This document shows, piece after piece, positions 34,002 to 43,578 of a DNA stretch of 64,000 bases. Origin of the DNA: Nitrospirota bacterium (GTDB taxonomy: Bacteria > Nitrospirota > UBA9217); the NCBI GenBank assembly GCA_963818475.1, contig CAWFSF010000006.1, positions 2,080,001 through 2,144,000 on the forward strand, written 5' to 3'. Numbering within the stretch: the stretch's first letter is position 1; every line of letters starts with the position of its first letter. The notes beneath the pieces were generated by a model. It was not told where the DNA came from. It searched no databases and worked only from the letters and a program-made list of their open reading frames with translations. The position numbers and the translations under genes are program-made.

Positions 34002-35405
34002 CGATTTCAACTGCTTCGCCGGTATTTCCTTGCCGCTCGCGGTGATATAGGTCATCGTGGAACCGCCACCCATGGCCGCTTCTACCCGTACCTTCTCAAT
34101 CAGTTCCCCCTGAGCATAGATCGGTCCCATGCCGAGAGAGGCAAGCTGGAACGTCACGGATGCAGTCAGAATAGATGGATAGGCTTTAGATATGTTTATC
34201 TGGATAGAAGCGGAAGACGAGGTGTCTGTTCCAGCCAGAGTTCCCGTCGCCGTCGTAGCCGTCCCGACAGCAGGAGACGCCTTGAGCGTGATCGTAGTGT
34301 TGGCAGGAATATTTGCGCCTGCAAGGACTACCGTAATTGGATTCTGCATATTAAACGGCAGCATCATATCAGGTGACCCGTAAGAACCTTTAGGAACGGA
34401 AGGAGAGTCCACACCGCCCGCTGAAGTAATAGTGAGCGTCGGCATGTTCTGCGGAACAACGGCATAGGGATAATCAAGGGAGAAAGGGGGGGTCGTTCCA
34501 GCTGTCCGCGTGACGCTCGAAGCTTCAAGACGAATTCTACCAATACCACCAGCACCACCGAAACCCCAGCTTGAAGAACCGCCGGTGCCACCAGTAGCAG
34601 ATAGCGTGCCATTCCCGGAAATAGTATTTGCGATGAGCCTTATACCTCCGCCACTACCACCACCACCGCTGCCAGCGTATCCATTACTTTCCCCGAGTGC
34701 ACCTGTTCCCCCATTAGCAGTGATAGCGCCGGTAAGATTAATAATGCCGGACGACGCGATAACAATTGCACCGCCCCCTCCGCCACCCGCTCCACCTACT
34801 AAATTTGTGTTACCAGAACCTCCACCACCACCAGACCCTCCAATTTGAGGAAGAATCCGTTCATTTCCGTAACTGGAACCTCCTGCACCGCCCGTAGAAG
34901 AAGAATAAGTGCCACCAGTTCCACCATTTACCGCAAATCCACCACCACCGCCGCCACCCGCAGGATTACCGTTGGCTGTGTTTGGAGAAGCTCCCCAGCC
35001 ACCCCCAGGCCCCTCGCCTCTTTTGCCAGCCTGAATCACAACCCCGCCTTGTCCACCATCAAAACCGCCGGGCCCGCCAACTCCCGGAATTATATAACTA
35101 CCGCTAGAACCATTAAGATTAATGGTTCCGGCAATCGTCACGTCACCCGTAGTGAGCATCGTTACCGGAGTATTCTGCGAGTTCTTCTTGAACGTGACCG
35201 TCACTCCGGAAGGGATATTGATGGTCGTAAAGTTGAATATGCCGCTTTCCGGGATCTGCAGTACCGTATTGCTCGTCGGCGCAAATTCACCGTCCGCGCC
35301 GGTGCTGCCGCTGTCGAATGCGGCATACGCCGCACGACCGGGCAAGATGCATAGCGCCAGGATCAAGAAGCTCAACATAACCTTACTCAGTGCGTACCGT
35401 TTCAT
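33999..35405 (-). CDS. Secreted glycine-rich protein, first gene of the cluster
   Basis: AGGAGG RBS; signal peptide ending AYA; GGGGGGG, GGSGGGGG, GGGSGGGIRL segments. Confidence 0.9.
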   Translation of the reverse strand: MKRYALSKVMLSFLILALCILPGRAAYAAFDSGSTGADGEFAPTSNTVLQIPESGIFNFTTINIPSGVTVTFKKNSQNTPVTMLTTGDVTIAGTINLNGSSGSYIIPGVGGPGGFDGGQGGVVIQAGKRGEGPGGGWGASPNTANGNPAGGGGGGGFAVNGGTGGTYSSSTGGAGGSSYGNERILPQIGGSGGGGGSGNTNLVGGAGGGGGGAIVIASSGIINLTGAITANGGTGALGESNGYAGSGGGGSGGGIRLIANTISGNGTLSATGGTGGSSSWGFGGAGGIGRIRLEASSVTRTAGTTPPFSLDYPYAVVPQNMPTLTITSAGGVDSPSVPKGSYGSPDMMLPFNMQNPITVVLAGANIPANTTITLKASPAVGTATTATGTLAGTDTSSSASIQINISKAYPSILTASVTFQLASLGMGPIYAQGELIEKVRVEAAMGGGSTMTYITASGKEIPAKQLKS

Positions 35406-35921
35406 ATCAATAAACCTCCTCTACTCCATGCATGACCGGATTTACTTGAATTTTCATTCACATATTCATAATGCTGACTTTAAGCAAACAAAAATATTAG
35501 TCGTCAAATCATTGTCTCGATGCGCCGGTGCCGTACAGCGCTCCGCTTGCGAGGCATTCGTAATTGAAAGTGCCCAAGTATAGCACCCACTTTATGTTTG
35601 TCAACCTTTAGTATTATTGTTTTTATCAAAACGTTAACTCAAGTGATATAAAAGCCTTGCTATTAGCGGCTTGAGCAGGGGTCGGGGTATTTTCAGGGTA
35701 TATGCAAAAGGATGCCAATAGTTGCAAAATATAGGGTTAAAATGCAGATTTTTCCGGTTTTCTCGCGGTCGGATCCCTTTGACATAGCTCGATGCATGGC
35801 GGTCACTTGATAGAAAGGGGCGCTAATTCAGAGCATACTAAAACTAAGGATGGATGCATCCCAACGATCGTGGGGTAGCGATAGAGGGCTGTAGCTGTAG
35901 GGTGGTTGTACTGAATCCAAT

Positions 35922-35955
35922 AAAAAAGAGGCTACAGCATGTGCTGTAACCTCTT
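35922..35955 (-). terminator. Terminator after tRNA
   Basis: AAGAGG.TACAGCA-tg-TGCTGTA.CCTCTT with T-run on minus strand. Confidence 0.75.
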
Positions 35956-35963
35956 GATTAGTT

Positions 35964-36040
<77 letters not shown>

Positions 36041-36084
36041 ATGAGGTTGCATAGTAAATCACAACCGTCCGAATGTCAAGATAA

Positions 36085-37557
36085 TTATAGGATCTTCGGC
36101 GGTTTTGTATCAAGAAACACGTTCAGTACCGGCGACGGAGCACTTGCATTGCCCGGTTCGTCATAGGCGATCGCGGTAATGCCGTTGTTGCCCTCGGTCA
36201 GCGTCAGCTGCATGGAAAAAGCTCCTTTTTCGTCGGCCTTGACCGTTGTTTTGGTCGCGCTGTTCACATAGACGTCGATCTTTGCACCCGGCTCGGTCGT
36301 GCCGGTCAGCGTCAGCGCCGGGATCCGCGTCACCGGCGGCAGCGCATTCAGGGTTGGCGAAGCCGGGGGGGTGGTCTTCAGCACCACATTGATGGTCGCG
36401 GGCTTTGCCTGGTTGCCCGCCCGGTCCACAGCGGTTGCCGTGATCGTGTTCTTGCCTTCGATCAGGTTCACACTGGACAGGGTGAACACGCCCTTCGAGA
36501 CCTGGACCGGGGTGTTGTTGATCTTGACCATGGCCATGGGATCATTGACCGTGCCGGTGACCGTAATCATCTTCTTGTTCGTCACCATCATCTCTTTCGG
36601 TTCGGTCAGCGTAATGGTGGGCGCGATCGTATCAACCGTGATCTTGACCGAGACCGTGGCCGCGTTGCCTGCCAGGCTCACGGCCTTGACCACGATCACG
36701 TTCGGGCCTTCATCCATCTTCACATTTGCCGTGAAGGTGCCCGAAGCGAGCACGGCCTGCACTTCCTGGCCCGTGCGCGTTGCAACGGTGACCGACGCCA
36801 CGTTTTTGTCCGCCGTACCCGTTACCGTGACCGTGCCGGTGCTCAGCAGGCTGTTCGAAGACGGCGCCGTAATATTGATCACGGGCGGCTTGCTGTCCAG
36901 GACCAGGATGACGCTGTCGCTTCCCGTGTTCCCGAACTCGTCGGTCACGGTGGCTGTTACGGTATTAGTGCCTTCGACCAGGTTTACCCTGGCGCTGAAA
37001 GCTTCTTTTTCAACAGCAGCGACCACGCCGTTCACCACGATCCTTGCCCTGCTGTCATTCACCGTACCGACGATCAGAACAGGCGAGTTGTTCAAGAACT
37101 GGTTTGGTTTGTGCGACGTTATCTTCACGACCGGCGGCAGGGTATGGATCGTGAAAGACCAGAGGGTCGATTCGGTGTTGCCGGCCTTGTCAACGATATC
37201 GAGCTTCACCTTATGGCTTCCGTCAGTCAGGGGCGCTGCCGGCACATAGGTGATCTTGTTCTGCATGATCTGAGCGGCTGCTGAAACGTCCTGGCCGTCA
37301 ACGTACATTTTGCTGTCCGTGGTGCTGACGCCGATGCCGTCATCCATGTATTCCGCAGCGATCGTCGGCTTCGAGTTGTTGATCAAGCCGCCATCACGCG
37401 GAGTCAGGCTCATCTTCGTGTCTGGAGCTGTTTGCACGGCAACAGCCGTTCTCTTTACGGTCGTCTTGCGCAAAGCCTTTTTCTCAGCAGCAACAGCCGT
37501 TCCCGCCTGTGAACAGAACAGAACGGCCATAAGGATCGTCATGCAGCGTAACAACAT
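36085..37557 (-). CDS. Secreted protein of tandem bacterial Ig-like domains
   Basis: Signal peptide; about 5 repeats with DTxPP.I..P..V.G..L.EG.N.I. Confidence 0.9.
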   Translation of the reverse strand: MLLRCMTILMAVLFCSQAGTAVAAEKKALRKTTVKRTAVAVQTAPDTKMSLTPRDGGLINNSKPTIAAEYMDDGIGVSTTDSKMYVDGQDVSAAAQIMQNKITYVPAAPLTDGSHKVKLDIVDKAGNTESTLWSFTIHTLPPVVKITSHKPNQFLNNSPVLIVGTVNDSRARIVVNGVVAAVEKEAFSARVNLVEGTNTVTATVTDEFGNTGSDSVILVLDSKPPVINITAPSSNSLLSTGTVTVTGTADKNVASVTVATRTGQEVQAVLASGTFTANVKMDEGPNVIVVKAVSLAGNAATVSVKITVDTIAPTITLTEPKEMMVTNKKMITVTGTVNDPMAMVKINNTPVQVSKGVFTLSSVNLIEGKNTITATAVDRAGNQAKPATINVVLKTTPPASPTLNALPPVTRIPALTLTGTTEPGAKIDVYVNSATKTTVKADEKGAFSMQLTLTEGNNGITAIAYDEPGNASAPSPVLNVFLDTKPPKIL

Positions 37558-37750
37558 GGAATGCCTCCCATAACCTTAAAAAATATATAAACCAAAACAG
37601 CAGTACGTTATCAAAAGGAGCCTGTATTGTCAATTATTTATTTTTCAAAAAACATCTTTTATTGTCAGCCGGCTGTTCTACGTACGGTTGCTCTATTGCT
37701 TGGAAACTGAGCAAAGGGTCGGATCTTGCCGCAGGGTCGTTGCAGCGGAG

Positions 37751-37814
37751 CACGGAGCATAGATGACACACGGAGCATAGATGCATTGACATATCAATAT
37801 AAATATGGTATAAA
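37751..37814 (+). promoter_or_regulatory. 15-bp direct repeat abutting a sigma70 promoter
   Basis: CACGGAGCATAGATG at 37751 and 37769; TTGACA(37786)-17-TATAAA(37809). Confidence 0.65.
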
Positions 37815-37860
37815 GTCTATAAGAATTGAGCACTTGAATTGAGTCTGAAAGGGGCATCTG

Positions 37861-38595
37861 TTGAGAACCGCTGTTGCCGCGTTTTTTGCAACTCTGATCG
37901 TTTCCCTGGTGCCCCCGGTTGCCCATGCTGATATTTATCAGTATACCGATGGGAACGGAGTATTGCATTTCACCAACGTTAGTGGCGGCAAGAACCACAA
38001 ACGGGTGAGATCAGAATCCCCGAAGAAGATCCAGCCTGAGACAGCCTTCCTCCCGCAGGAATCAACGCCCTCAAGAAATACGATTTCTTCGGCAAATATG
38101 CCGAGCACCTATCTCGACATCATCCAGTCCGCCTGCAACCGGCACGGTGTTGATCCGGCGCTGGTGCATGCGCTCGTGAAGGTCGAATCGGACTTTAACC
38201 CCTATGCCCTGTCCAGGAAAGGGGCCATGGGCCTCATGCAGCTCATGCCGCAGACGGCCATGGACATGGACGTGCAGAACTCCTTTGATCCGAGCGACAA
38301 CGTCGACGGCGGCGTCAAATATCTCCGCTATCTCATCGACCGGTACGAAGGGAACCTTTCGCTGGCGCTCGCTGCATACAACTCAGGAGAGACCGCAGTC
38401 AAGAAATGGGGGACCATCCCGCCCTTCAAGGAAACACAGAACTATGTACAGCGGGTCCTCGGATTGTATAACGGAAAGAAAAAGCTGCACGTCCCGCGCT
38501 ACACGGTCTACATGGGATACGCCGAGGACGGTTCTCTGCTCGTCTCGGACACTCCGCAGCCCGGCCAAAAAAAGATCTCCCGAAGAGACCTCTGA
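37861..38595 (+). CDS. Soluble lytic transglycosylase with N-terminal DUF4124-like domain
   Basis: DIYQYTDGNGVLHFTN; VKVES, GAMGLMQLMP, ALAAYNSG, ETQNYV. Confidence 0.92.
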   Translation: MRTAVAAFFATLIVSLVPPVAHADIYQYTDGNGVLHFTNVSGGKNHKRVRSESPKKIQPETAFLPQESTPSRNTISSANMPSTYLDIIQSACNRHGVDPALVHALVKVESDFNPYALSRKGAMGLMQLMPQTAMDMDVQNSFDPSDNVDGGVKYLRYLIDRYEGNLSLALAAYNSGETAVKKWGTIPPFKETQNYVQRVLGLYNGKKKLHVPRYTVYMGYAEDGSLLVSDTPQPGQKKISRRDL

Positions 38596-38598
38596 TCC

Positions 38599-39033
38599 CT
38601 AGATCCAGACCACCTTATCGAAGTCCTGCAATCCTTCCACAATATGGTTCGTCGTGCCCCGATGGCCGACCTTGAGCTTTGACTCAAGGTCATAGTGCTT
38701 GAGGCAGGTGCCGCAGGAGTACATCTCGACGCCCATGGCCTCGATTTCCTTCAACACGCCCGCGGTTTCGTCGTTCACCGTGGTGAGCTTGACGCCTGCA
38801 TTCAGGAAAAAGATCGTGTGCGGAAGCTGCTTCGTCGCCTTCATCGTATCGAAAAACCCTTTTACCAGTTTTTTCCCGAGTTCCTCGTCCTTGCCAAGAG
38901 CATCGGTGCCGATGATGAGCAGCAGATGTTTCTTGTCCCCCGTCTCCGGATTCAGCCTTCCTGCTTCCGCCTTCGTACTACAGCAGTTATTTGACAACTG
39001 TTCCGCACTCCGCGATCCGCATTCGTTTTGCAT
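38599..39033 (-). CDS. yedF: Selenium metabolism sulfurtransferase-like protein YedF (DsrE-like domain)
   Basis: DEELGKKLVKGF, FFLNAGVKL, SCGTCL; near selD. Confidence 0.8.
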   Translation of the reverse strand: MQNECGSRSAEQLSNNCCSTKAEAGRLNPETGDKKHLLLIIGTDALGKDEELGKKLVKGFFDTMKATKQLPHTIFFLNAGVKLTTVNDETAGVLKEIEAMGVEMYSCGTCLKHYDLESKLKVGHRGTTNHIVEGLQDFDKVVWI

Positions 39034-39116
39034 ATTATCCCTCAATTCCCCTGTTCCGCATCCTCATTCCCGCTGCTTTGTTCACGAATTCCGCATTCCG
39101 CATCCGGGAACTATCG

Positions 39117-39899
39117 TTATTTAACAATATCGCTCCAGACCTTGACCGCGGTAGCCAAAATAAGCGCAGCGAGCAGCCATCGTAAGAACTGTGTTCTTGT
39201 CCTCTTCCCCACGATGCTGCCCCATCGTGCAGCGGGAATGGCGCCAAGGACCAGCGGCAGTGCCATCAGAAAAGGCACCTGCGACGTGGCGACCTTCCCG
39301 ATCAACCCAGCCGAGGACGAGAAGAGCCCGATGGCAAGGGTGCTGCCGAGGGCGACCCGCAGGGGGATCTTCAAAACATACAGCATCATCGGTATCAGGA
39401 TGAACGCCCCGCCCTGCCCTACCAGGCCGATGGAGAAGCCGAGCGCGATGCCGATAACCACCGCGGTCGGCTTATGATACACAACCGCATCCTCGGTCAA
39501 ATCGTCCTCTCCATAACTGCGCGGGACGAGCATCATGCCCGCTGCGATCAATGCCAAGGTCCCGAAGACCAGAAGCAGGAGGCCGTCAGGCACCTGCTTT
39601 GACACCAGCGAACCGATAAGCGACGACAGGAACAGCGAAGAACCGAGCGTCAGAACGAGCGATCTGTTCACGAGCGCGTTTTTGTGGTAGAAGAACAGCG
39701 CCGTCAGGGCGGAAAAAAAACCCTGGGCCATCGTGAGGCCGGTGATATCTTTGACGTCGATGCCGCCAAGGCCCAAAAGCGGCGGCACATAGAGCAGGAG
39801 CGGGAACATGACGATCCCGCCGCCGATGCCGAGCAGGCCCGCGAGAAATCCGACGGACAGGCCCACCAGTGCCAGGAACAGATACAGAGTGACGTCCAT
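39117..39899 (-). CDS. TauE/SafE family exporter
   Basis: GFLAGLLGIGGG and GLVGQGGAF..P repeats; multi-pass membrane. Confidence 0.9.
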   Translation of the reverse strand: MDVTLYLFLALVGLSVGFLAGLLGIGGGIVMFPLLLYVPPLLGLGGIDVKDITGLTMAQGFFSALTALFFYHKNALVNRSLVLTLGSSLFLSSLIGSLVSKQVPDGLLLLVFGTLALIAAGMMLVPRSYGEDDLTEDAVVYHKPTAVVIGIALGFSIGLVGQGGAFILIPMMLYVLKIPLRVALGSTLAIGLFSSSAGLIGKVATSQVPFLMALPLVLGAIPAARWGSIVGKRTRTQFLRWLLAALILATAVKVWSDIVK

Positions 39900-39900
39900 G

Positions 39901-40948
39901 CTATTGCTCCACAAAGATCCGTTTCGTACCCTGTCCCGCCCCGTCCTGTACATCGCCGATATAAGCTGCCAGGATATTCTCCTTCTGCAGCGCCGCGATA
40001 AGCCGCGCCTTGTTCTCCTGGGACACGAATATCAGGAGGCCGCCCGAGGTCTGAGCATCGTTCATCAGGATCCGGTCAATCGCGGAAACGTCGGCGCTCC
40101 ATTCCACAATGGGATCATAGCTCTTCTGGTTTGCCCGCGTGCCCCCCGGGACCATGCCCAGTCTCCGCGATTGTTATTGCCTCTTCAAAAACAGGGACCT
40201 GACGCGCGTGGAGACGCGCCGTGCGCTTACTCGCCGTCAGCACCTCGTTCAGGTGTCCGATGAGGCCGAAGCCGGTGATATCCGTGGCCGTGCTGACACC
40301 CACCTCGAGCATGATCTCTCCGGCCCGCTTGTTGAGCGTAGCCATGGATTTGGTGAACGCTTCCGCGGTCACGGCACTGCATTTCCCGGCTTTGATCCCG
40401 GTCGAGATCACGCCGGTGCCGATCGGTTTCGTGAGGATCAGGGCGTCGCCTGGTTGCGCTTTTGCATTATCGAGTATTTTATCCGGGTGGACATTCCCCA
40501 TGATGGCATACCCGAACTTCGGTTCCTTGTCCTTGACCGTATGGCCGCCGATGATGAACACGCCGGCCTCGGTCATCTTGTCGATGCCGCCCTGCATGAT
40601 CTTTTTGTTGATCTCGTAAAACTCCGCTCCCGCCGGAAGCGCCGCGATGTTCAGGGCGACCAGCGGCCTGCCGCCCATGGCGTAGACGTCGGAGAGCGAA
40701 TTGGCGGCCGCGATCGCGCCGAACCAGTAGGGATCGTCCACGATCGGGGTGAAGAAATCCGCGGTCAGGACCATGGCGATCTCGTCGGTAATGCGGTAGA
40801 CGCCGGCGTCGTCGGCATTTGAGGCGCCGACCAGCACGTTCGGATCGGTTATCTGTGGCAATTGTCCCAGGACCTGGGACAGTTCAGCAGGGCTGAATTT
40901 TGACGCTCAACCTGCGCAGCTGGAAAGTTGTGTAAGTTTGATTTCCAC
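39901..40948 (-). CDS. selD: Selenophosphate synthetase, Sec-containing (frameshift ~40160)
   Basis: GTG 40948: MEIKLTQLSSCAG-U-ASK (TGA 40907-40909); DDAGVY, DFFTP, SDVYAMGG, DITGFGL, AQTSGGLL. Confidence 0.95.
40863..40881 (-). promoter_or_regulatory. Candidate SECIS hairpin of selD
   Basis: UGUCCCAG-GUC-CUGGGACA starting 25 nt after the UGA. Confidence 0.65.
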
Positions 40949-41092
40949 AGTCCACCACCCCCCGTCATTTCAGTCATGTTCATCTATGATTCCGGTATAC
41001 TTTACGACAGGGGAGGCGAGAGTGTCAATGAGGAAATGACTGATGGGATTTTAACCATCGGTCTCGAGGAGGTACCGCGGAGCGCTGCCGCA

Positions 41093-41743
41093 TCATGCCT
41101 TCCGGATGCCGTCAATGAGCAAATAGGTGTCATGCTTCACATATCGCGTTCCCGTCACGATCAGGTTGGGATTGTTCTGAACATGCGCCAGTGTCTGCCG
41201 GTCGAATCGCGCGCCGTACACTTTTTCAACAAAACGCGCAAAACGGTCCTGCCTTTTTCTCAAAGCAGGATTTTCTGAATACTTCATTTCCAGAAGGCGG
41301 AACCTGCCGCCGGGTTTGAGCACGCGGGCAAACTCCGTGATTGCCTGGTCCTGCAGTTCATCGGGCAGAACGCAGCAGAGGAAGAACGAAACTACCCAGT
41401 CGTAGCGGTCCGAAGGAATGGTCTCCATCCTGCAGGCATCCTCATGGACAAACCGGACCGTGCAGGATGCCTCGTTGCACCGTTTCGAAGCGCGTTTCAG
41501 CATGGCAGGGCTGAAGTCAACAGCGGTCAGGTTGACCCCGGGCTGGTAATGCTTCAAGTTTCGTCCGGTCCCGATCCCCGCTTCCAGCACCTCACCGTCT
41601 ACATCAGCCAAAAGCTCAGGCCGCCATTTCCGGTATTGGAGTTCCCAGGGGTAATCCAGAATATCGTATACCCATGCGGTGATGGCATAGCGTTTCTGAT
41701 TCAGGAGATTCAGCTCGTGGAGATCAAGTTGTTTGAACTTCAT
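41093..41743 (-). CDS. Class I SAM-dependent methyltransferase
   Basis: VLEAGIGTG, AVDFS, RVLKPGG; AGGAG RBS. Confidence 0.9.
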   Translation of the reverse strand: MKFKQLDLHELNLLNQKRYAITAWVYDILDYPWELQYRKWRPELLADVDGEVLEAGIGTGRNLKHYQPGVNLTAVDFSPAMLKRASKRCNEASCTVRFVHEDACRMETIPSDRYDWVVSFFLCCVLPDELQDQAITEFARVLKPGGRFRLLEMKYSENPALRKRQDRFARFVEKVYGARFDRQTLAHVQNNPNLIVTGTRYVKHDTYLLIDGIRKA

Positions 41744-41851
41744 GACAGCGCATCTCCTTTCTGTAAAAATACGATCATCCTTATGGGGCTGGGATTTCAA
41801 CTTCTTGTACAGGATCAGACTCTATCCTGCGATGAACATCGCACCCCGGCT

Positions 41852-42274
41852 TTAGAACGTAAGATTCATGTCCGCCGGTATGACCGTATCTTTGTAATAT
41901 TTTGCGGGATCGGCAACCTTCACGCCGTCGATGAGATCATTCTTCTGGATATTGAAGAGCGCCACGTTCAAAGGGCAGGCAAGAACAGTCCCGCCCTCCG
42001 CGATCAGCATGAAGAAAAGGTCTTCTACGGAGGGAAGCTCCATCTCCTCCATTTTTTTCATCACTGCGTCGCCTTCTTCCTTGGGCTGGTCAGGAAGACA
42101 TTTCAGCATCTTCACCTTTTCCTTGTGGACCGCGTTGATTCCGCGCGAGCCGAAAAACATAGTCACCTTCGAGCCTTCCCGCAGCAGGCTCAATGCTGTC
42201 ATAAGGGCGTTGTAGACTTGACAAAGTTCCTCATGGAAACACATCACCGAAACGTTTTTCACGATCTTAGGCAT
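41852..42274 (-). CDS. DsrE/DsrF/DsrH-like (DsrE2-type) sulfur carrier
   Basis: VTMFFGSRG, LPSVEDL, VLACP. Confidence 0.8.
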   Translation of the reverse strand: MPKIVKNVSVMCFHEELCQVYNALMTALSLLREGSKVTMFFGSRGINAVHKEKVKMLKCLPDQPKEEGDAVMKKMEEMELPSVEDLFFMLIAEGGTVLACPLNVALFNIQKNDLIDGVKVADPAKYYKDTVIPADMNLTF

Positions 42275-42310
42275 GGCACTCTTCCTCCTTTGGCGAAAAT
42301 TCGCGAACTT

Positions 42311-42898
42311 TTACGCCCATCCATAGGGCGTAACGCTGGAATACGACCTCCAGGTAAAGAGACCTATCACCGCGGTCAGCACGAGTGTGAGCCAGATCGG
42401 AAAGGGGGCCCATACTTGTACCCCCAGCATGGTGGAGAGAAGCACCACGAACAAACAAACCGTGGCAAGGCGTTTCCGCTGAATACGCAGCGGCCCGATC
42501 CGCTTTGCGAGTTCCGGGGTCGCGGGCGCTCCGCCGGCCTGCGCGAAGAGAGCGTCGATTCGGGGTTGCAACGACACATGAACGTATGTCAGCAGGCTGC
42601 CGATCAGAAGAAGGGGAAAAAATTTGATCGCAAGGACGGGTTCGGTAAAAAGAGCCCCCAGGCTCCGGCCGCGCAGCGCTACGAGGATTGCGCCGGAAAT
42701 GAGGGCCGTAGCCTGGAACACGAAACAGGGGATCGTCCGATTCTTGATGATGTTCTCCATATACACATCAACCCGGTCGCCGAGCGGCGGTCCCAGCCTT
42801 CCGCGCTGGTTCACCGCCACAAGCGCATAGAAAGGCCATATCATCAGCATGGCATTGGTTACGTGGATGAACCGAAGGATACCGGTCAATGTCTCCAT
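42311..42898 (-). CDS. Hypothetical membrane protein (~5 TM)
   Basis: GGAGG RBS; hydrophobic segments; tight spacing to neighbours. Confidence 0.8.
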   Translation of the reverse strand: METLTGILRFIHVTNAMLMIWPFYALVAVNQRGRLGPPLGDRVDVYMENIIKNRTIPCFVFQATALISGAILVALRGRSLGALFTEPVLAIKFFPLLLIGSLLTYVHVSLQPRIDALFAQAGGAPATPELAKRIGPLRIQRKRLATVCLFVVLLSTMLGVQVWAPFPIWLTLVLTAVIGLFTWRSYSSVTPYGWA

Positions 42899-42918
42899 AA
42901 AACCTCCCTGATCAGCAC

Positions 42919-43209
42919 TTAAAACATGCCCACGACTTTATCGCTTTCAACCATCAAGTCCGTCAGGCTGTCGTAATCGATGGTTTTAGCGCGGCCATCC
43001 AGCTCGTCATCCCTGAGGCCCCTGAGTTTTTTGTCATCATCCAGGACATGAATGGCGCCGGGAAAACCCGCGAGCCTCCCCTTCTGGGCGAACAACACGC
43101 CATTCTGAAGCAAAACAAGGTCAGCTGCGCTGTCCCGGGCAAGAGCCACGCCCCGCATGGCGTCGGCAGTGTCCGGCGCGCTTTTGATAAGAACGATCAT
43201 GAAGGCCAC
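42919..43209 (-). CDS. DsrH/TusB-like sulfur relay subunit
   Basis: LVLLQNGV, LDDDKKLRGL, IDYDSLTDL. Confidence 0.85.
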   Translation of the reverse strand: MAFMIVLIKSAPDTADAMRGVALARDSAADLVLLQNGVLFAQKGRLAGFPGAIHVLDDDKKLRGLRDDELDGRAKTIDYDSLTDLMVESDKVVGMF

Positions 43210-43212
43210 CTC

Positions 43213-43566
43213 TCAAAACAAAATTGTCGATTTGGCGCTTTTAATGATACCGGCAATATCTTCGCCCGAGGCCGTTTGCACGCCCTCGACCAGGTCGTCC
43301 CTGGTTATTCGCTGAGACAGCAGAGACGACGCATCGGCATACACGGTAATCCCCATGTCCAAACAGTCCCGCAGTGTCTCTTCAAGGCCGGTGAGGCCGG
43401 TCCCGGCATCGTCCTGTCCTTTTTTCGCGAGCAGAACTCCGCCGTCAACGAGAAGCATATCCACACTCAATTCATTCACCACCGCTCCCAGCGCATGGCG
43501 CACCGCCTCCGCGGCATTCACCGTGCCGTACGGAACGTGCTGAACTATCATCGCGACATCCGCCAT
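43213..43566 (-). CDS. DsrF/TusC-like sulfur relay subunit
   Basis: PYGTVNAAEAVR, LVDGGV, VYADASSL; lies between dsrE- and dsrH-like genes. Confidence 0.85.
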   Translation of the reverse strand: MADVAMIVQHVPYGTVNAAEAVRHALGAVVNELSVDMLLVDGGVLLAKKGQDDAGTGLTGLEETLRDCLDMGITVYADASSLLSQRITRDDLVEGVQTASGEDIAGIIKSAKSTILF

Positions 43567-43578
43567 GTTCCCTCCGAG

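Noticed and set aside
35703-35717. sigma54-like TGGCATCCTTTTGCA on minus strand upstream of the cluster
   Set aside because: GG-to-GC spacing is 9, not 10; valid only if the T-run lost a base, which needs reads
35406-35920. c-di-GMP or other riboswitch ahead of the cluster
   Set aside because: No recognisable GEMM-type motifs by eye; Rfam scan needed
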